Below, piece after piece: positions 18,227-26,799 of a stretch of DNA of 36,943 nucleotides (positions within the stretch are counted from its first letter, which is position 1; every line of letters starts with the position of its first letter). The notes beneath the pieces were generated by a model. The model searched no databases. It was not told the DNA's origin and saw only the letters and a list, made by a program, of their open reading frames with translations. Source of the stretch: an uncultured Methanosarcinales archaeon (GTDB taxonomy: Archaea > Nanobdellota > Nanobdellia > Woesearchaeales > CALCXY01). The translations under genes were made by a program, and so were the position numbers. Location of the stretch: the NCBI GenBank assembly GCA_964385185.1, contig CAYLOA010000011.1:1-36943 (forward strand). Direction: 5' to 3'.

Positions 18227-18386
18227 CGCCAGGGACGGGAATTTCGCCCGTGATTCAAATCAGGGATTCGAACCCGCACGGCCTGGTTAAGACCACAGAT
18301 TTTCAATCTGTTGCACTTCCAAGTTATATTGAATAGCGACGCTATTCAATGCTTGTGGAACTTGTTCCACATTATGCTACCCTGGC
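18227..18386 (-). tRNA. tRNA with a Ser-type body (long variable arm, G73) and GAA anticodon; BHB intron at 59/60 (18241-18266) and a 48-nt D-loop insertion (18324-18371); possibly a pseudogene
   Basis: Spliced: GCCAGGG TA GCAT AACTTGGAA GTGC A ACAGA TTGAAAA TCTGT GGTCTTAACCAGGCCGT GCGGG TTCGAAT CCCGT CCCTGGC G. Confidence 0.8.
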
Positions 18387-18431
18387 ACTTGGTGGAAAAG
18401 TTTATAAACTGGTTCCACCAATCCAGTTATA

Positions 18432-18464
18432 CCTGGTTAAGACCACAGATTTTCAATCTGTTGC
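18432..18464 (-). repeat. Exact 33-nt duplicate of the tRNA anticodon arm plus most of the variable arm (18282-18314), next to an 11-bp hairpin at 18466-18490
   Basis: cctggttaagaccacagattttcaatctgttgc occurs at both sites. Confidence 0.9.
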
Positions 18465-18637
18465 TCGACCAGAGTACAATACTCTGGTCGCATTTCTTCT
18501 TAATATGTTCTTACAAAAAATTTCAGCAATATTTCCAACAACTCCAGAAATTATCATCTACCATACAAAATATTCTTCGAAAAGGAAATAAACTTTCCAA
18601 AATTTTACAAAAATCCTAAAAAACAGTATTTTCTCGT

Positions 18638-19522
18638 CTAAGAAATATCATCAACAACATCTTCTGCAGTATTCGCTGGAATGGAAAACCCTAATCCTTC
18701 TCCACCGCCTACTTTCCAATTATTAATTCCAACAATTCTACCCTCATCATTTATCAGCGGTCCACCACTATTCCCTGGATTTATCGGCGTATCAATCTGG
18801 ATATACTTCAAACCATTCTGAGCTTGTCTATTTAATGCGCTTACAATTCCTTGTGTAGCTGTAAAATCTAATCCAAACGGATTACCCAAAGCCACAACCC
18901 TCTGACCAACCTCTAAATCATCGCTATCTCCCCATCGCATACTATCAAATATTTGATCTACAACAACTGGTTTCAAGACAGCAATATCTGCAGTGTCATC
19001 AACACCAATAATTTCTGCTAGATAAATCTGGCCATCCTTGGTCTTAATTCCAATTTGAGATGCTCCAGATATAACGTGAGCATTCGTTACTGTTTTTCCG
19101 TCTATAGAAATAATAACTCCAGAGCCTGCTCCTTTATCAGTCAACACACTGACAGTAGCTTCCAATGCAACCTTAATCACATCTGAAAAATCTCCTGCTA
19201 AATTAGTCTCTAATCCTGTGATTTCATCCTCTAAATTCTGTTTAACTTCTCCTAACTTCTTGTCAGTCTCTTCTTCAACAGTAGTTAAATCTTTACGCAC
19301 TTCATCTAACTCTTCACCACTTTTAGCAATCTCTCCCCGTATTCCACTCGTCTCACTATTGATTTTATTATCCAAAGAAGCAATCTTAGCATCCAATTTA
19401 AATTCAGATTGAGATAACTTCGCACGTAGCTCATCAATTTGATTATTCTGTGCATAAAAAAGCACACCACTTACCACAATAATCAAAACAAACGAAGCCA
19501 TGAAAAGATGGCATTTATCCAT
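18638..19522 (-). CDS. Membrane-anchored HtrA/DegP-like trypsin serine protease with a coiled-coil stalk and no PDZ domain
   Basis: GSG, TNAHV, DIAVL, IQIDTPINPGNSGGPL; N-terminal TM. Confidence 0.92.
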   Translation of the reverse strand: MDKCHLFMASFVLIIVVSGVLFYAQNNQIDELRAKLSQSEFKLDAKIASLDNKINSETSGIRGEIAKSGEELDEVRKDLTTVEEETDKKLGEVKQNLEDEITGLETNLAGDFSDVIKVALEATVSVLTDKGAGSGVIISIDGKTVTNAHVISGASQIGIKTKDGQIYLAEIIGVDDTADIAVLKPVVVDQIFDSMRWGDSDDLEVGQRVVALGNPFGLDFTATQGIVSALNRQAQNGLKYIQIDTPINPGNSGGPLINDEGRIVGINNWKVGGGEGLGFSIPANTAEDVVDDIS

Positions 19523-19613
19523 AGATTCTATCCTACACTTACCAGTATATAAACTTTAGCTCTACAACTCAAATTAAAGATAAATTTATATACACTCACA
19601 CCAAAATAATCAG

Positions 19614-20798
19614 ATGGCAAAGAAATCTGAACATCATGTCTATCATCATCTTCCAAAATCACTTAATATTTTAGTCATTACCATAGCAGTTGTAATCGCC
19701 ATTGTAGGAATTCAATACACAGGGATTGAGATTACACCTATCCAAGGGGCAGTGGTAGCTGAAAACACCCTACCCACTCTCTGTATTGATCAAGATGGAG
19801 ATAATATTTACGTAAATGACAGCGTCGTAGTATCTACTTCTGAAATTGGTTCTGAAGGAAGAATTGAAGGTACAGAAACTAAAGAAAGAATATCAGATTA
19901 TTGTGAAGGAAATACTGTAATTGAAATGACTTGCGGAAGGAGAATACCCATCAAATACACAGCCAATGGAATAAATGTCTACAAACAAGAATCCACAATA
20001 AATAAACATAACTGCCTAGCAGGATGTTTCGAAGGAGCTTGTATCAAAGGAGTAAAAGTAATTCTTACCAATATTGCTACTAATAAGCCTATATACAATG
20101 CTATTATTCAATTTAAGAGAAACAGAGAGATAAAGGATCAACAAAAATCAAACTTAGAAGGTGAAGCTGTTTTCAGAAAAAGAATTATTAACCAAGTGCA
20201 AGAAATTATTGTGCAAGATGATGGATATTTTCTCTACTCTCAAGAATACAGATTAGAAGGAAAAGACGAAGACGAAGTGCACATTGCCTTAACCCCTATA
20301 GTCAATATTCATGTTAAAGATCAAGCAGGCCTTCCTGTTAAAGAAACACTCCTCACCCTTACACATCAAAATCCAGATTTTATTGCAAAAACGACAACAG
20401 ATGAGGAAGGAAAGGCTTCCATAGCACTCAATTACTCTGGACCTTACAAAGTTCAAGACACTGCCCCTTCAGCTCAAACTCAAAATCCTGGAGGACTCCA
20501 TGTAAATAGACTCTCAAACGAAAGACCTTTAATCATTACCATGACAAAAAATCCATTTATTACATTTAACGTTTCAAACAGTGAAGGAAGAAATCTGAGA
20601 AATGCATTGGTTGAATTTTACGATTCAAACGATAACCTTGTGGTAGGTTCAACAAACTACGAAGGACAAGTATCAGTTCATCTTGCACCAGATACCTATA
20701 AGATCAACGTAAAATCAGATATATACCACACTCAATCTCTAACTCATAAAGCAGAAAAGGATACGACAATAGTTGTTGTATTAGAAAAGAGGATATAA
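19614..20798 (+). CDS. Membrane-anchored surface protein with a Cys-rich module and three carboxypeptidase-regulatory/transthyretin-like repeats
   Basis: TM segment; CIDQDGDNIY...DYC...EMTC...C..GC..GAC; repeated PI.NA.I / TTDEEGKA / STNYEGQV. Confidence 0.7.
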   Translation: MAKKSEHHVYHHLPKSLNILVITIAVVIAIVGIQYTGIEITPIQGAVVAENTLPTLCIDQDGDNIYVNDSVVVSTSEIGSEGRIEGTETKERISDYCEGNTVIEMTCGRRIPIKYTANGINVYKQESTINKHNCLAGCFEGACIKGVKVILTNIATNKPIYNAIIQFKRNREIKDQQKSNLEGEAVFRKRIINQVQEIIVQDDGYFLYSQEYRLEGKDEDEVHIALTPIVNIHVKDQAGLPVKETLLTLTHQNPDFIAKTTTDEEGKASIALNYSGPYKVQDTAPSAQTQNPGGLHVNRLSNERPLIITMTKNPFITFNVSNSEGRNLRNALVEFYDSNDNLVVGSTNYEGQVSVHLAPDTYKINVKSDIYHTQSLTHKAEKDTTIVVVLEKRI

Positions 20799-21362
20799 TC
20801 AAAGTCCAAACATTAACTTAACCATAAACTTTCTTCTTCTAAATGCGTGCCAGAACATAAAACTCACAACATATCCTATAACTCCAATAAAGAAACTGGT
20901 GATCATCATATTAAGTAATCCATTAATAAGTTGCCAAGCTAAAGCAGAAGAAATGATTAATCCCATAAATAAGGGAATCATCATCCCAGCTATAGCAGTC
21001 CCACCTAAAATATCCAGCTGAATATCTTTTACTTCCAATTTTAAAATCAAAAAGACAGCTTCAAATACTATTCCTGCTAGTATAAACATAATAAACTTCT
21101 GAAATCCAACCACTCCGATATCTCCAATATGACTCGTCAAAATACTACTCACACCCATAAACAACAAACCAGTCCCTGCTTTCCGAGTAATCTGCACTGC
21201 AAAGGATAACAAAATCAACCCAAATAATAATGATAAGAGATAGGCTAGTTGTGGTTCAAAGGTATTACTAAAGGTTGCCAATATCAACCAAATAAGGCTT
21301 GAAAAAGCAATAACTGCATAATCCATCTTTCTATATTTTTGAAATATTTCAAATGCTATCAT
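20799..21362 (-). CDS. Multi-pass membrane protein, possibly ECF S-component-like
   Basis: About six hydrophobic helices; RKAG.G and AGIVFE motifs. Confidence 0.6.
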   Translation of the reverse strand: MIAFEIFQKYRKMDYAVIAFSSLIWLILATFSNTFEPQLAYLLSLLFGLILLSFAVQITRKAGTGLLFMGVSSILTSHIGDIGVVGFQKFIMFILAGIVFEAVFLILKLEVKDIQLDILGGTAIAGMMIPLFMGLIISSALAWQLINGLLNMMITSFFIGVIGYVVSFMFWHAFRRRKFMVKLMFGL

Positions 21363-21769
21363 TTTATCTCTAACACACCTTTTTTCTTTTCTTTAAGTTT
21401 TCGCACCTTACTTCCAGAGGCTATTGCTTCAAAAACAGGTATCCGTCTTTTAATCGTTCCAATCCGTTTCAAAAAACGTTCATGTCTTACTTTATAGGTA
21501 TCTGCAGACATCTTATGATCTTTAAAGCAAGCTATCTGTGCTTGCTTCAATAAATTCTCAGTAGATTTTAATTCATGACGAATAGTGACTTGTCCTTGTT
21601 CTGCAAATTTTATAGAATTTCCTGCAATTTCAGATATTGCCAGAACTACTTGAGAACACTCTAATTTATCAAACCCGAGTTCTCTTGCTACATCAGCTCC
21701 TAATAAGGAAGCCTCTTTTACATCCCTATCGGATTTAACAATAAGTACCTCAACATCAATTTGACTCAT
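21359..21769 (-). CDS. Chimeric ORF: RsbT-like anti-sigma kinase N-terminal half joined to an unrelated helical C-terminus
   Basis: ARELGF...VVLAISEIAGNSIKFA..GQVTI (N-box) present; DxGxG/GxG boxes absent; sequence character changes near residue 65. Confidence 0.65.
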   Translation of the reverse strand: MSQIDVEVLIVKSDRDVKEASLLGADVARELGFDKLECSQVVLAISEIAGNSIKFAEQGQVTIRHELKSTENLLKQAQIACFKDHKMSADTYKVRHERFLKRIGTIKRRIPVFEAIASGSKVRKLKEKKKGVLEIK

Positions 21770-21793
21770 AGTAACATATTACAGTAGCTCCTA

Positions 21794-22240
21794 CTACATT
21801 CTATCTTGTTGTTGTTGTTGTTCAGTATTTCCATTAATTGGTATTAGCTCCAATCCTTGTAATAAAAACACTTCTTTTAAGGCAGACCTAAAATCTCGAC
21901 TTACACGAAATTTAGTGAAATCAACGCCAGCACTACTCATAGTCTGAGCAACAATGGGGGAAATTCCAGCAAAAACTACTTCCACACCAGAAAGTTTCAT
22001 AGTGTCACCAATTTTTATTAAGTGATTTGCCACTGCCGAATCAATTAAGTCAACGTTTGCCATATCAAGAACAATAATCTCGATACCACTGGCCTGTAGA
22101 AGGTTCAAAATTTTCTCTGTTACAGCTTTCATTCTGGCGGAATCTAAAGTTCCGAAAAATCCAGCGTACAGGCACGTGTCTGTTACCTGAGAAACGACCA
22201 TCGGTGCTTCCCCTCCTATCTTCTTACGGCTCAAGGCCAC
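21794..22240 (-). CDS. RsbR/RsbS-like STAS domain, probably the C-terminal half of one gene with 22244-22642
   Basis: GTLDSAR...IIVLDMANVDLIDSAVANHL...KLSG...GISP.VAQTM. Confidence 0.88.
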   Translation of the reverse strand: MALSRKKIGGEAPMVVSQVTDTCLYAGFFGTLDSARMKAVTEKILNLLQASGIEIIVLDMANVDLIDSAVANHLIKIGDTMKLSGVEVVFAGISPIVAQTMSSAGVDFTKFRVSRDFRSALKEVFLLQGLELIPINGNTEQQQQQDRM

Positions 22241-22243
22241 TTT

Positions 22244-22642
22244 TTATACTCTTTGTCTAACTGTTGCAGGTTTGGCAACAGCTACATTCACATTTCTCAT
22301 ATTAACAACCTCCTTTGTTTTCCTTTTATTTGAATTTCTAGCCACATTTCCTAGCTGTTTAATCCTTTTTTTTACAATACCATGAACATCACTTGCACTT
22401 GAAGCGTTTACCACACTATGTGCTAGTTCATGATCTCCATGTACATCTTTAATCCAATTACTAAAGTCATTTTTATCATCATTTACATAATTGGTAAACA
22501 CATCATCACTCATTTTATCAGTTGCCTGATGCAAATCTTGAAGGCTTTTGAGAGAAGTTCCATCAGACAACCAAAAGGGATTATCTTTGCCACACAGAAT
22601 GGCATTGGCTTCATTTTGACTCAAGTTTTCAACCATTTTCAT
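22244..22642 (-). CDS. DUF5752-like domain protein, in frame with the downstream STAS ORF
   Basis: FWLSDG..LKSL.DL...MSDDVF..YVN..KNDFSNWIKDV. Confidence 0.75.
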   Translation of the reverse strand: MKMVENLSQNEANAILCGKDNPFWLSDGTSLKSLQDLHQATDKMSDDVFTNYVNDDKNDFSNWIKDVHGDHELAHSVVNASSASDVHGIVKKRIKQLGNVARNSNKRKTKEVVNMRNVNVAVAKPATVRQRV

Positions 22643-22842
22643 GAACTCCTCTTTTTTTCTAAATAGATCAATTTAACTTGACCAATCTTCCTTTCTCTTA
22701 GCTTTCCTTCTGCTCTTAATTCTGCTAATCGTATCATAATCGTTGCTCTTCCAGAAAGAGTCTGCCGCACCATATCGGCAATCGTCATGCCATCTGTATT
22801 CTTAGTAAGCATTTCTACAATTTTTGCTTTGAGTTCGTCCAT
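22639..22842 (-). CDS. Small winged-helix DNA-binding protein
   Basis: IVEML...GMTIADM...SGRATI..RLAEL.AEGKL..RKIGQVKL; ATGA overlap with the next gene. Confidence 0.75.
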   Translation of the reverse strand: MDELKAKIVEMLTKNTDGMTIADMVRQTLSGRATIMIRLAELRAEGKLRERKIGQVKLIYLEKKRSS

Positions 22843-23023
22843 TTTAGGTGTAATTCTATACTATAGTCTTATCTTATGGTTCTATGTTACAATACTGTAT
22901 TACTACCTGTTTATAAAGGTTTCGTTTCGAACGGAGTGAGAAACGAAATTGTTGAAATGCCAGCAGGTATTTCATAAGGTTTTGATTAAATTTATTATAG
23001 AATCTACATTAAAAAAGAAATTA

Positions 23024-23123
23024 NNNNNNNNNNNNNNNNNNNNNNNNNNNNNNNNNNNNNNNNNNNNNNNNNNNNNNNNNNNNNNNNNNNNNNNNNNNNN
23101 NNNNNNNNNNNNNNNNNNNNNNN
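23024..23123. other. Scaffold gap of 100 N flanked by an identical 55-nt overlap
   Basis: 22969-23023 equals 23124-23178. Confidence 0.95.
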
Positions 23124-23175
23124 ATTTCATAAGGTTTTGATTAAATTTATTATAGAATCTACATTAAAAAAGAAA

Positions 23176-23475
23176 TTACTCTTCCAACAACACATCAATA
23201 GCTTCTAGAATTCCTTTTTCTTTCTGCGAAAGCACTGCTTCCTTCTCAGCCAATTCAGCTTCCTTCACCAATGCTTGATGCAAAATATCAACATTAGCTT
23301 CATTCAATTCTTCCATTAATCCCAGCTTGGAAACAGATTCTTCAAACTCTTTCTCTCTGGCAATAAGATCAGCTTCTTTTAACTCCAATTCCTTTTCCTT
23401 GTTAAAAACATCTAACTCACGAACGTCTAACTCATGTGCGAGTTCAGAAATAAGTTTAGTATTTGCTCCACCCAT
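23176..23475 (-). CDS. Acidic coiled-coil hypothetical protein, possibly a fragment
   Basis: KEKELELKEADL..REKE heptad-like repeats; TATA box about 24 nt upstream. Confidence 0.6.
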   Translation of the reverse strand: MGGANTKLISELAHELDVRELDVFNKEKELELKEADLIAREKEFEESVSKLGLMEELNEANVDILHQALVKEAELAEKEAVLSQKEKGILEAIDVLLEE

Positions 23476-23558
23476 ACACTCATCTGAGGAAAGCTAGTAT
23501 ATAAGTTTTATGGGAGATTTAATCATATACCATTTAGAATTCATCAGAGATTAATATT

Positions 23559-23834
23559 TTATGACATTAATAAATTATCAATCTCTTTTGCACTCATCTT
23601 AGTATCTGCTTTCACCACTTTCCCTTTAGAAATCTCATCTTCACTTCTTTCAATATTTTCTATCAAAGTGATATCTTCATCTAATTTGTCTTTTCTTACT
23701 TGTTTTAGAAAAATATTGCCACCTCTATTGGTAACAATAAATTTAGTCAAAGGCTTTATGCCTGCATCTTTCATAATCTCAGCAGGAATTACAATTTGTC
23801 CATTTTGCGATATTTTAGTTATTGCTACTTCCAT
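23559..23834 (-). CDS. AbrB/MazE-family antitoxin-like protein
   Basis: MEVAITKISQNGQIVIPAEI; start reassigned to ATG 23834. Confidence 0.85.
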   Translation of the reverse strand: MEVAITKISQNGQIVIPAEIMKDAGIKPLTKFIVTNRGGNIFLKQVRKDKLDEDITLIENIERSEDEISKGKVVKADTKMSAKEIDNLLMS

Positions 23835-24001
23835 TTTATTACCTACAATACATTGTAATATTAAAACAGATTGTATATATAAGTCTTTTAGTTTTTTGGA
23901 CGCTATCCATCTCCCTACGCAAAAGGAGATACGAAGAATAGGGAGTAAGGATGAGATGTGCAAAACCATTTAGAATAAAATAAGTCCTCTGTCATCTCAC
24001 A

Positions 24002-24439
24002 TTAGTTCTTCTCTTTCTTAAGAATTTTCAGCAATTCCTTTGGATTTACAATTTTATCATCAAATCCCAATCCCTTAAAATGCTTATCATTCATCGTTAG
24101 CAAATAGTCAGCATTTTTGTCTAGAAAGGTGGCAGATATAACATTATCTTGATAGTCTACAGGCTTTCCTAACCTTATCCTCTTTGCAATAATTTTCCCT
24201 GTATCCTCTGCAATACTATGATTCATCTCTACCCAAGAAAATGCTGATAAGAATTCTTTTAATTCTACAATATCACTTCTTACATCTTTAAAATACGCAC
24301 CGATATATAATTCTGAAATAGAAATAGCAGATACAAACATCTGGGCATCTAGTTCAGACAACAATTCTACAATCAGAATACTAGTCTCATCTTGTCTTTC
24401 AATTTTAATCAAGCTACTTGTATCTAGTACAACTTTCAT
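24002..24439 (-). CDS. vapC: VapC PIN-domain toxin
   Basis: VVLDTS, SAISISEL, D.VISAT, LLTMNDKHF. Confidence 0.9.
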   Translation of the reverse strand: MKVVLDTSSLIKIERQDETSILIVELLSELDAQMFVSAISISELYIGAYFKDVRSDIVELKEFLSAFSWVEMNHSIAEDTGKIIAKRIRLGKPVDYQDNVISATFLDKNADYLLTMNDKHFKGLGFDDKIVNPKELLKILKKEKN

Positions 24440-24672
24440 TTGCTAAACATATCCCTATATCTTTTTGAAGAATCAGTCCTCAAACTACGAAAATTAAATT
24501 TTTCAGGAAGTACACTATTCCTTTTTCTCCAAAAACTTTTATCTTTTTTTGTGATAATAATCATTTCACCCAATTTGTTAATATTTAAAGGCATACCTAC
24601 TTCAATACCAAGCTCATCCCGAATATGCTTGTCAATGGTGATTTGACCGTTTCTAGTTACAATAGTTCCCAT
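24436..24672 (-). CDS. vapB: AbrB-type VapB antitoxin
   Basis: VTRNGQITIDKHIRDELGI; ATGA overlap with vapC. Confidence 0.85.
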   Translation of the reverse strand: MGTIVTRNGQITIDKHIRDELGIEVGMPLNINKLGEMIIITKKDKSFWRKRNSVLPEKFNFRSLRTDSSKRYRDMFSK

Positions 24673-24695
24673 TTTTCTTCATTATGTTCAATTAT

Positions 24696-24737
24696 TTACT
24701 AATTTTTCTAGTAATTATTTACTAATATAGTTAGTAA
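24696..24737. promoter_or_regulatory. Two tandem palindromic operators TTACTA-N7-TAGTAA, probably VapBC autoregulation
   Basis: At 24696-24714 and 24719-24737, between the TATA box (24738-24745, minus) and the vapB start. Confidence 0.7.
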
Positions 24738-24804
24738 TATATAAATGTTTTGATTTTTTCGCCAAATTGTATACTACATCTAATAATATCCGAAAACTAT
24801 AGAA

Positions 24805-26751
24805 CTAAACAAGCAAAGGAACAATAATCAATGCTACAATACTCATTAACTTTAATAGAATATTCAAACTAGGACCACAGGTATCTTTGAAAGGATCTCC
24901 CACAGTGTCACCAACGACAGCTGCTTTATGAGCATCTGAACCTTTACCACCTAAAGCACCACCTTCAATGTATTTCTTAGCGTTATCCCAAGCACCACCA
25001 GCATTTGCTTGCATGATTGCAAAGACAACACCACTTACTAAACTACCAACAAGTAATCCACCAAGTCCTTCAACACCTAATATTAATCCTACAATAACTG
25101 GAGTAAAGATTCCAATTAAACTCGGTAATACCATTTGTTTTAATGCACTATCAGTAGAAATTTGAACACATTTTTCATAATCAGGCTTAGCAGTCCCTTC
25201 CATTAATCCTTTAATAGAATGAAACTGTCTCCGAACTTCTTCAACCATAGCTTTTGCTGCAACGCCAACTGCTTCCATAGTTAAAGCACTAAATAAATAA
25301 GGCAACATGGCACCAATTAAGATTCCAATAAATGTTGTAGGTTTTAAGACGTCAATAGTAGTAAGGCCAGCAGTAACAGCATAAGTGCTAAATAAGGCAA
25401 GAGCAGTCATAGCAGCACTTCCAATAGCAAATCCTTTACCAATTGCTGCAGTTGTATTACCTGCCATATCTAATTTATCTGTATTCTCTCGAACTTCTTT
25501 AGGTAGTCCTGCCATCTCAGCAATTCCGCCTGCATTGTCTGCAACAGGTCCGTAAGCATCAACAGCTAAGCTAATACCTAATGTTGAAAGCATACCAACA
25601 CCTGCTAAAGCAATTCCGTAAAATCCTGAAATTCCGTATGCAACATAGATAACAGCTGCGATAATCAAAACAGGCAATACTGTAGATTTCATTCCAACAG
25701 ATAATCCTTGAATAATGTTTGTTGCAGGGCCTGTTTTTGAGGCTTCTGCAATAGCTTGAGCATGTTTTCCTTCTTCTGATGTATAATGTTTAGTAATAAG
25801 GCCTATTGCAAGTCCTGCAATTAATCCACTCACAACAGCCCAAAATAAGGTTAAACTTCCAAAGAATAATTGTGTAACAATTCCTCCTGAAATAAGGAAG
25901 AAAAAACTAGCAGCAACTAATCCATATAATAATGCATTCATGGGGCTTCCTTTAACTCGAACAAAGAAGATTCCAAGAACACTTGAAACAATTCCTACAC
26001 TTGCAAGAGCAAGCGGATAAATAAGTCCTCTATCTCCTTCAATAGCAACAAGACCAAGAGCCATGGCAGCAATAAGTGTACCCACATAACTCTCAAATAA
26101 ATCTGCACCCATTCCAGCAACATCCCCAACGTTGTCTCCAACATTATCTGCGATAGTTGCAGGGTTTCGAGGGTCATCTTCAGGAATGTTTTTTTCAACT
26201 TTCCCTACAAGATCTGCTCCTACGTCTGCAGCTTTGGTAAAAATTCCACCACCCACTCTTGCAAATAAAGCAACAGCAGAAGCTCCGAAACTAAAACCGA
26301 ATATATAACTAGGATCTCTAAAAATATAATATACAATTAATACACCAAGAAGTCCAAGACCAACAACGCTGAATCCCATGACACTTCCTGAAAAGAAGGC
26401 AACTCGTAGTGCAGGACCAAGTCCTTTAGTTGCAGCCTGAGTAGTTTTAACATTTGACTTTGTAGCAGTTAACATGCCGATAAATCCAGCAGCAACTGAG
26501 GTAATTGCTCCGAAAAGGAAACTAACAGCTGTTTGCCAATTTAAGAACCAAGCTAACAATACAGCCAGAACAGCTACAACTATTGCGAGAATTTTATATT
26601 CAGATTTAAGAAATGCCAGTGCACCTTGTCTAATTGAGGAAGAAATTTCTTTCATCTCATCGTTGCCAGAATCTGCTTTGTCTATCTGTCTATTCAACAA
26701 ATATACAGTGATAAACGCTAAAACCGGTGCAATAAATAATTCATATGCCAT
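24805..26751 (-). CDS. hppA: Membrane pyrophosphatase, K+-dependent type, probably Na+-translocating
   Basis: [68 protein letters not shown]. Confidence 0.97.
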   Translation of the reverse strand: MAYELFIAPVLAFITVYLLNRQIDKADSGNDEMKEISSSIRQGALAFLKSEYKILAIVVAVLAVLLAWFLNWQTAVSFLFGAITSVAAGFIGMLTATKSNVKTTQAATKGLGPALRVAFFSGSVMGFSVVGLGLLGVLIVYYIFRDPSYIFGFSFGASAVALFARVGGGIFTKAADVGADLVGKVEKNIPEDDPRNPATIADNVGDNVGDVAGMGADLFESYVGTLIAAMALGLVAIEGDRGLIYPLALASVGIVSSVLGIFFVRVKGSPMNALLYGLVAASFFFLISGGIVTQLFFGSLTLFWAVVSGLIAGLAIGLITKHYTSEEGKHAQAIAEASKTGPATNIIQGLSVGMKSTVLPVLIIAAVIYVAYGISGFYGIALAGVGMLSTLGISLAVDAYGPVADNAGGIAEMAGLPKEVRENTDKLDMAGNTTAAIGKGFAIGSAAMTALALFSTYAVTAGLTTIDVLKPTTFIGILIGAMLPYLFSALTMEAVGVAAKAMVEEVRRQFHSIKGLMEGTAKPDYEKCVQISTDSALKQMVLPSLIGIFTPVIVGLILGVEGLGGLLVGSLVSGVVFAIMQANAGGAWDNAKKYIEGGALGGKGSDAHKAAVVGDTVGDPFKDTCGPSLNILLKLMSIVALIIVPLLV

Positions 26752-26799
26752 TAAGTATATGATTTCTAAGTTATTTATAAGGTTTTTGCTTCTACAGGC

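Noticed and set aside
18311..18619. ORFs of 102 and 80 aa, and likewise 15418-15636
   Set aside because: They overlap tRNA genes on the opposite strand
22920..22949. Hairpin tttcgtttc...gaaacgaaa, and a loose hairpin at about 23905-23951
   Set aside because: Single copies without a shared motif; function cannot be supported
22969..23178. 55-nt direct repeat flanking the N gap, and the ORF 22949-23140 crossing it
   Set aside because: An exact overlap on both sides of a 100-N gap is a typical scaffolding artefact, not a biological repeat
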